A stretch of DNA of 64,000 nucleotides from a virus. The stretch is from the IMG/VR virus record IMGVR_UViG_3300038701_002504, positions 19,235-83,234 of that record; one strand, written 5' to 3'. How positions within the stretch are numbered: position 1 is the stretch's first letter; every line of letters begins with the position of its first letter. This document shows, one piece after another, positions 59,013 to 64,000 of this stretch. Under the pieces are notes generated by a model. It saw nothing but the letters and a program-made list of their open reading frames with translations. It was not told where the DNA came from and did no database searches. The position numbers were made by a program, and so were the translations under genes.

Positions 59013-59421
59013 TGATCCAGTCTATGACAAATTAAATTTGAGACCTATATCAAACAAGTCTATTGAATTGGTGCCTCTTGATAAAAACAAAGGCGAACAA
59101 CTTTCAGATGATTTAGATGAAGCTCGCACAAATACGAGACATCTTATCAATGTCGGTGAAGAAGCTTTGAAAGAACTTCAGGATCTTTCGTCACAATCTC
59201 AAGATCCAAAGGCATATAGAGAACTTTCTGTTCTGATCAAAGTGATGTTAGATGCAAATAAATCACTTGTTGATACCGCGCGAGCTAGAAAAGAAATCGT
59301 CGTTGATGCGGATAAAGTTGTGAGTGATAATCCACAAACAGTTACAAATAATCTTTATGTTGGAACTACAACAGACGCTGTTGATATTCTTAAACAGAAG
59401 AGATCTATAAAAGATGACTAG
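59005..59421 (+). CDS. gp16: Terminase small subunit (gp16-like)
   Basis: PKAYRELSVLIK, VTNNLYVGTT; position before gp17. Confidence 0.8.
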   Translation: MANDPVYDKLNLRPISNKSIELVPLDKNKGEQLSDDLDEARTNTRHLINVGEEALKELQDLSSQSQDPKAYRELSVLIKVMLDANKSLVDTARARKEIVVDADKVVSDNPQTVTNNLYVGTTTDAVDILKQKRSIKDD

Positions 59422-59926
59422 TTTTAAACAATTTCTTGAAGAAGGTCGCGATGCTCCTTTATATCATGCCACGAGACTTGATAATATAGATAGCATTATT
59501 CAAGCCGGTTTAAAACCTACTTCATCCCACTTCAGAAAAAAGCTAGGTTTAAATAGAAAAGAAAATGATTCTACTTCAACTCATGGAATATCATTTACAA
59601 GAGATTTTAAAATAGCTCATAGATATGGCCAACATTATTTTGTTCAAAGATCATATGTTATATTTAAATTTGATCAGAGAAAACTTACACAAAGATATAA
59701 ATCTATTCCTGTTGATTATTTTTCTGATATGAGATCTAAAAAGATTTATGACAAAAGTAATCCAGATTTAAGCACTCGTAGATTTTTTGAAGCTGAAAAA
59801 TTTATCATAACGAAAAATCCCATACCATTATCATTTGCGACAGAAATATTTGTTCCTCAGGATATATCTGAACAATATTTAAAACTAATACAAGATACAC
59901 ATTTGAAAGTAACATATTTTAAATGA
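59414..59926 (+). CDS. EGRDAPLYH-family paralogue 11
   Basis: MTSFKQFLEEGRDAPLYHAT; ISFTRD; FKFDQRKL; EAEKFI. Confidence 0.65.
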   Translation: MTSFKQFLEEGRDAPLYHATRLDNIDSIIQAGLKPTSSHFRKKLGLNRKENDSTSTHGISFTRDFKIAHRYGQHYFVQRSYVIFKFDQRKLTQRYKSIPVDYFSDMRSKKIYDKSNPDLSTRRFFEAEKFIITKNPIPLSFATEIFVPQDISEQYLKLIQDTHLKVTYFK

Positions 59927-61539
59927 CAGATAACATTGGTTATAACAGAAATCCCAATCTTCCTAAAGCTGGAGTCGAAAAACAATTCACTGATCATGAG
60001 TGGTCTGAGCTTGAAAAATGTATGGACGATCCAGTTTATTTTGCGAAGACATATTTTAAAATTGTTCATGTTGATCATGGACTGATACCATTCGATTTAT
60101 ACGATTATCAGGAAAAAGCAATTCGTATTTTTCAAAATCATAGAAATATGATTATGTGTGCATCACGTCAATGTGGTAAGACCTCATTTGCGACAGTTGT
60201 ACTTCTTCATACAGCGCTTTTTAATAAAAACAAACTTATAGCCATTCTTGCTAACAAAGCAGCCACATCAAAAGAAATTCTAGAAAGAGTAAAAAGAGCA
60301 TATGAATATCTGCCTTCATTCTTAAAGGGCGGTGTAAAAGAATGGAATAAAGGATCTGTTGAATTTGAAAATGGATCCAAAATTATGGCTGAAGCATCTT
60401 CATCCGATAACATTCGTGGTAAATCTGTATTCTTACTTTATATCGACGAACATGCCTTTATTGAGAATTGGGATGAGTTCTCTGCGTCTGTTTTACCTAC
60501 ACTTTCATCAGGTAAAACAACGAAGATGATATTCACATCAACTCCACATGGTCTGAATCACTTTTATTATTATGTTGAAGGAGCTAGACAAAAGAAAAAT
60601 GGTTTTGGATATATTGAAGTTCCGTGGTGGGAAGTTCCTGGACGAGATGAAGAATGGAAAGAGAAGACTCTCCATGGAGAGTTAAATGGTGATCAGCAAA
60701 AATTCGACCAAGAATACGCCTTGGAATTTATTGGTTCTTCTGGAACTCTGATTTCTGGTGCTGCTCTTAAAATTATGCAATATCAAAATCCACTTGTTAC
60801 AAATCCGCATCTTTATCAATATAAAGAAAAGGATGGAAATCATCAATATATTATGACGGTGGACACATCGCGCGGAAAGGGATTAGACTATTCAACCTTT
60901 CACGTAATTGATGTTTCTACAGAGCCATATGAGTCTGTATGCGTATATAGAAACAATATGGCAACACCTACGGACTTCGCTGATGTGTGTTATCAAATGG
61001 CAACATATTATAATAACGCTTTTATTCTCGTTGAACTCAATGACCTGGGGTCACAGGTAGCTGACATTCTTTTTGATTATGAGATGGATCTTATCTTTAC
61101 GAAAACAAAGGGACGTCTGGGTAAGCAAGTTTCATATGAATCTGGTGCTGATAGAGGAATTGTGACAACACACGGTTCTAAGTCAGAAGGTTGTTCTATG
61201 CTTAAACTTTTGATAGAACAGAACAAACTTAAAATATGTGATAAAAATACAATTGAAGAATTGAAAACATTTTCATCAAAAGGCAAAGGATGGGAGGCTG
61301 AACCAGGAAAACATGATGACCTTGTAATGTGTCTTGTTCTTTTTTCTTGGTTAGCTTCAGCAGGCTTTATTGATCAGCTTACAGATGATTCTATTATGGC
61401 TAAATTACGTGAAAAAACGGAAGAAGACCTTGAATCCGATCTTCTTCCGTTTGGTATTATGATAGATGGTCATGATGATTTCGAAGAGATCATTGATCCT
61501 GAAACTCTTCGAAATCCTTTGAACGATCTATTTAATTAA
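59923..61539 (+). CDS. gp17: Terminase large subunit (gp17-like)
   Basis: YNRNPNL, ASRQCGKT, YIDEHAF, STPHG, VDTSRGKGLDYS, HDDLVM. Confidence 0.96.
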   Translation: MTDNIGYNRNPNLPKAGVEKQFTDHEWSELEKCMDDPVYFAKTYFKIVHVDHGLIPFDLYDYQEKAIRIFQNHRNMIMCASRQCGKTSFATVVLLHTALFNKNKLIAILANKAATSKEILERVKRAYEYLPSFLKGGVKEWNKGSVEFENGSKIMAEASSSDNIRGKSVFLLYIDEHAFIENWDEFSASVLPTLSSGKTTKMIFTSTPHGLNHFYYYVEGARQKKNGFGYIEVPWWEVPGRDEEWKEKTLHGELNGDQQKFDQEYALEFIGSSGTLISGAALKIMQYQNPLVTNPHLYQYKEKDGNHQYIMTVDTSRGKGLDYSTFHVIDVSTEPYESVCVYRNNMATPTDFADVCYQMATYYNNAFILVELNDLGSQVADILFDYEMDLIFTKTKGRLGKQVSYESGADRGIVTTHGSKSEGCSMLKLLIEQNKLKICDKNTIEELKTFSSKGKGWEAEPGKHDDLVMCLVLFSWLASAGFIDQLTDDSIMAKLREKTEEDLESDLLPFGIMIDGHDDFEEIIDPETLRNPLNDLFN

Positions 61540-61883
61540 GCTGCACGCTTTCCAAGATATGCGCGAATTGTCTGTTCATCACAAACCCAACGCTTGCCGT
61601 CCTTCATGTAAACAAAAGGCCGCTTCCAAGAACGCTGCTTGAAATCCACAAGCTTGATACCATTCCGTTCTGGAACAATGTTGTAAAGCTTGCAAAGATT
61701 CTCAATCTGAGAGCTTTGAGCTTCCTTTGCCTTTTCAGTTTCAGCGATCTTCACCTTCATTGTGAGAGAGACACTATCAAACTTTCCGCCTTCAGATGTA
61801 ATGGTAAGTCCACGAGCTTTCGCAAATTCCTGAAGTTCTGCGATGATGTCCTTCGAGATCGTAGTTGCAGCTTTCTTGTCCAT
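61536..61883 (-). CDS. Hypothetical early protein
   Basis: GGAG RBS and upstream early promoter. Confidence 0.6.
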   Translation of the reverse strand: MDKKAATTISKDIIAELQEFAKARGLTITSEGGKFDSVSLTMKVKIAETEKAKEAQSSQIENLCKLYNIVPERNGIKLVDFKQRSWKRPFVYMKDGKRWVCDEQTIRAYLGKRAA

Positions 61884-61915
61884 GAGAGTGTCTCCATGTT
61901 TGTTTCGATAATGGT

Positions 61916-61943
61916 ACTATACACTATTTCTAGGATATGTACA
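61916..61943 (-). promoter_or_regulatory. Early promoter TGTACA-N16-TATAGT
   Basis: Shares the AGAAATAGTGTATA core with 1779 and 57613. Confidence 0.65.
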
Positions 61944-61961
61944 TATCTTTTTTGAAAAAAG

Positions 61962-62120
61962 TTATAGGTTTTTTGTCCATGAAATTTCAAAAGTTAAAAA
62001 CATGAGAATAACAACCAGAAGCACATAAAGAAACGGCTGGCTCAATGCAACTGAAATTAGATATGTTGCGATCAACTTTCCGATAAATCCACCGATGTCG
62101 ATTTTATATGTCACTTTCAT
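61962..62120 (-). CDS. Small membrane protein (52 aa)
   Basis: Start moved to MKVTYK after AAGGAG; TTTACA-N17-TATAAG promoter at 62169-62197. Confidence 0.45.
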   Translation of the reverse strand: MKVTYKIDIGGFIGKLIATYLISVALSQPFLYVLLVVILMFLTFEISWTKNL

Positions 62121-62207
62121 TTCAGATCTCCTTCTCATCGTTATTATTATCTCCGTTTCGTTAATTATCTTATAAAACATATCCCATGCTTTGTAAACTG
62201 TATTTTT

Positions 62208-62215
62208 TATAAATA
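62208..62215 (+). promoter_or_regulatory. Late promoter TATAAATA
   Basis: Exact consensus upstream of gp18. Confidence 0.75.
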
Positions 62216-62244
62216 TCAATAAAATATAAAAGGAGAAGAAACAA

Positions 62245-64000
62245 ATGGCATTCAGTATTTCACCAGCCGTGACTGTGCGTGAATTTGACTTGAGCGGGTA
62301 CATTTCTAATGTATCAATTACTATAGGAGCGATGGCCGGAGTATTTAGATGGGGACCTGTTGACGATGCTGGTTTAGTTTCATCTGAACAAGCCCTTGTT
62401 GCTCGTTATGGTAAACCAAATTCAAATAACTTTGAAACATTTTACACAGCATCAAACTATCTTGCTTATTCTGATAAATTATACGTATCAAGAGCTTCTG
62501 ACGCAGCCGCATATAACGCTGGAGCAGGTTCAGGTGCTATTGCGAACACTCAGATCAAAAATGAAACCGATTTTAATAATAATGCTAACACTCTTCCAGC
62601 TGCTTCATATTTCTTTGCAAAATATCCTGGAGCAATTGGTAACAGCCTTAAAGTTTCTGTATGTGATTCTGCAAACGCATATGGAGAAACAATCACCCCA
62701 TCAACAGCAAATCTTGAAATTGATTTCGTTGTAAATAGCAATGTTGCTACAATTACAGTGACAGGTGCTAATACTGCTGATGCTGAAACTCAGGCTAACA
62801 CAGTCCTAAATCAGTTGCAGGTTGGAGATATTATCACAGCAGGTAATACAACAATCGGTAAACAGTTCCTTAAGATTTCTACACTTGGAACAATTTCTTC
62901 AAACGGTGCCGTTGCAACTTTTGATGTGAATACAACAACAAAATACACATTAAGCTCAAACAACACTCTTGAATCAGTAAAAAGAAACTGGGAATATTAC
63001 AACTCTGTTGATCTTACACCAGGAACTTCTCCATATGTTGAAGCACGTGGCGGCGTAGGCGACCAGATGCATGTTATAGTTGTTGATGAGGATGGAGAAT
63101 TCACAGGACAACCAGGTCAGATTCTTGAAGTATTTGAAAATGTTTCTCGTGCTACAGACGCAAGAGGTGAACAGGGTGGTTCAATCTATTACAAAGATGT
63201 GATTAATAACTCATCTAAATTCCTTTGGGCAACAAATGATAGAGCTGGATCAGTTTCAAACACATCAATCAATATGACAGCTGTTGATACTCAGCCATTC
63301 ACAGCTTCAATGAGTGGTGGTACAGATTCTCTTTCTGAATCTGCGATTCCTCTTGTTGATCTTGCTCGCTCATATGATCTATACAAATCATCTGAAAAGT
63401 TTGATATCTCTGTTATTCTAACAGGTAAATCAGTTGGTGGTGTACATGGTGAAGGACTTGGTAATTACATTATTGACAATATTGTTGAAGCTCGTAAAGA
63501 TTGTGTGGTAGTTCTATCACCTCAATTTGATGATGTTGTGAACAACCCTTATCAGGAAGCCGAAGCAATTGTTCAGTTTAGACAAGCTCTACGTTCAACA
63601 TCATATGCATTCCTAGATTCTGGTTACAAATACCAGTACGACAGATATAATGATGTTTATCGTTGGATTCCATTAAACGGCGATATTGCTGGAACATTCT
63701 CAAGAACTGACGTTGATCGTGATCCTTGGTGGTCACCTGCTGGATACAATCGTGGTAATATCAAAAATGTTACTAAGCTTGCTTACAACCCAGATAAAGC
63801 TGATAGAGATATTCTTTACAAGAATTCAATTAACCCAGTTTTCCAGAGTGGTAATAGAGGACCAGTTCTATTCGGAGATAAAACTCTTCTAGCGAAGACT
63901 TCTGCTTTCGATAGAATTAACGTTCGTAGATTGTTCATTGTTCTTGAAAAAGCAATTGCAACTGCTGCACAAGATCTTCTATTCGAATTCAATGATGCAT
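62245..64000 (+). CDS. gp18: Tail sheath protein (gp18-like), 3' truncated by the window; absent from the ORF track
   Basis: Read manually: MAFSISPAVTVREFDL, GVFRWGP, RYGKP, DSGYKYQYDRYND, WIPLNGDIAG, PWWSPAGYNRG, FDRINVRRLF. Confidence 0.93.
   Translation, partial: MAFSISPAVTVREFDLSGYISNVSITIGAMAGVFRWGPVDDAGLVSSEQALVARYGKPNSNNFETFYTASNYLAYSDKLYVSRASDAAAYNAGAGSGAIANTQIKNETDFNNNANTLPAASYFFAKYPGAIGNSLKVSVCDSANAYGETITPSTANLEIDFVVNSNVATITVTGANTADAETQANTVLNQLQVGDIITAGNTTIGKQFLKISTLGTISSNGAVATFDVNTTTKYTLSSNNTLESVKRNWEYYNSVDLTPGTSPYVEARGGVGDQMHVIVVDEDGEFTGQPGQILEVFENVSRATDARGEQGGSIYYKDVINNSSKFLWATNDRAGSVSNTSINMTAVDTQPFTASMSGGTDSLSESAIPLVDLARSYDLYKSSEKFDISVILTGKSVGGVHGEGLGNYIIDNIVEARKDCVVVLSPQFDDVVNNPYQEAEAIVQFRQALRSTSYAFLDSGYKYQYDRYNDVYRWIPLNGDIAGTFSRTDVDRDPWWSPAGYNRGNIKNVTKLAYNPDKADRDILYKNSINPVFQSGNRGPVLFGDKTLLAKTSAFDRINVRRLFIVLEKAIATAAQDLLFEFNDA

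Noticed and set aside
59923-61539. Intron or intein in the large terminase
   Set aside because: 538 aa with contiguous ATPase and nuclease motifs; no insertion evident.
392-63892. Numerous 60-140 aa ORFs antisense or out of frame within long genes (e.g. 392-637, 11888-12256, 22906-23265, 49951-50373, 62396-62734)
   Set aside because: They are fully nested in well-supported genes, lack RBS or motifs, and are expected shadow ORFs. 62396 and 63686 are off-frame shadows of gp18.
1-64000. Stop-codon reassignment
   Set aside because: Core genes (gp17, gp6, nadV, the 1906-aa protein) are full length under the standard code, and TAA, TGA and TAG all terminate genes.
1-64000. tRNA or rRNA genes
   Set aside because: No intergenic gap shows a cloverleaf with T-loop/D-loop consensus; gaps are short and occupied by promoters. 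A tRNAscan-SE run would confirm.

Overview
64-kb, AT-rich segment of a large T4-like myophage genome, judged from motifs alone (no database search was run). The left ~18 kb is an early/accessory region: DNA ligase, rIIA/rIIB, two NAD+ salvage modules (pnuC-nadR and nadV/NAMPT-nadM/Nudix), a SLOG protein, a macrodomain, an exonuclease, an FkbM methyltransferase and many small ORFs. The rest is the late morphogenesis region in T4-like order: gp51, gp26, gp54-like, gp4, gp2, gp48, gp53, hub, split gp5, gp25, gp6, gp7, gp8, a large DUF4815-like protein, fibre/chaperone cassettes, gp13-gp17 and a partial gp18. It also contains two free-standing endonuclease genes, one broken at an (AT)5 run. The most striking element is a family of 11 paralogous 150-210 aa genes inserted into the late operons. 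All begin M-x-x-F-K-[QE]-[FY]-L-[EL]-E-G-R-[DA]-[AG]-P-L-[YF]-H. The first ~10 residues resemble the T4 capsid-targeting sequence, and the body carries H / S-x-[TS]-R / (E,Q)-x-E motifs suggestive of an ADP-ribosyltransferase fold. Three further late genes have the same type of leader, one with an H-Y-type ART-like domain. Working hypothesis (inference): a diversified set of virion-packaged, injected ADP-ribosyltransferases, supported by phage-encoded NAD+ supply and an eraser. No tRNA, rRNA or CRISPR array was recognised.
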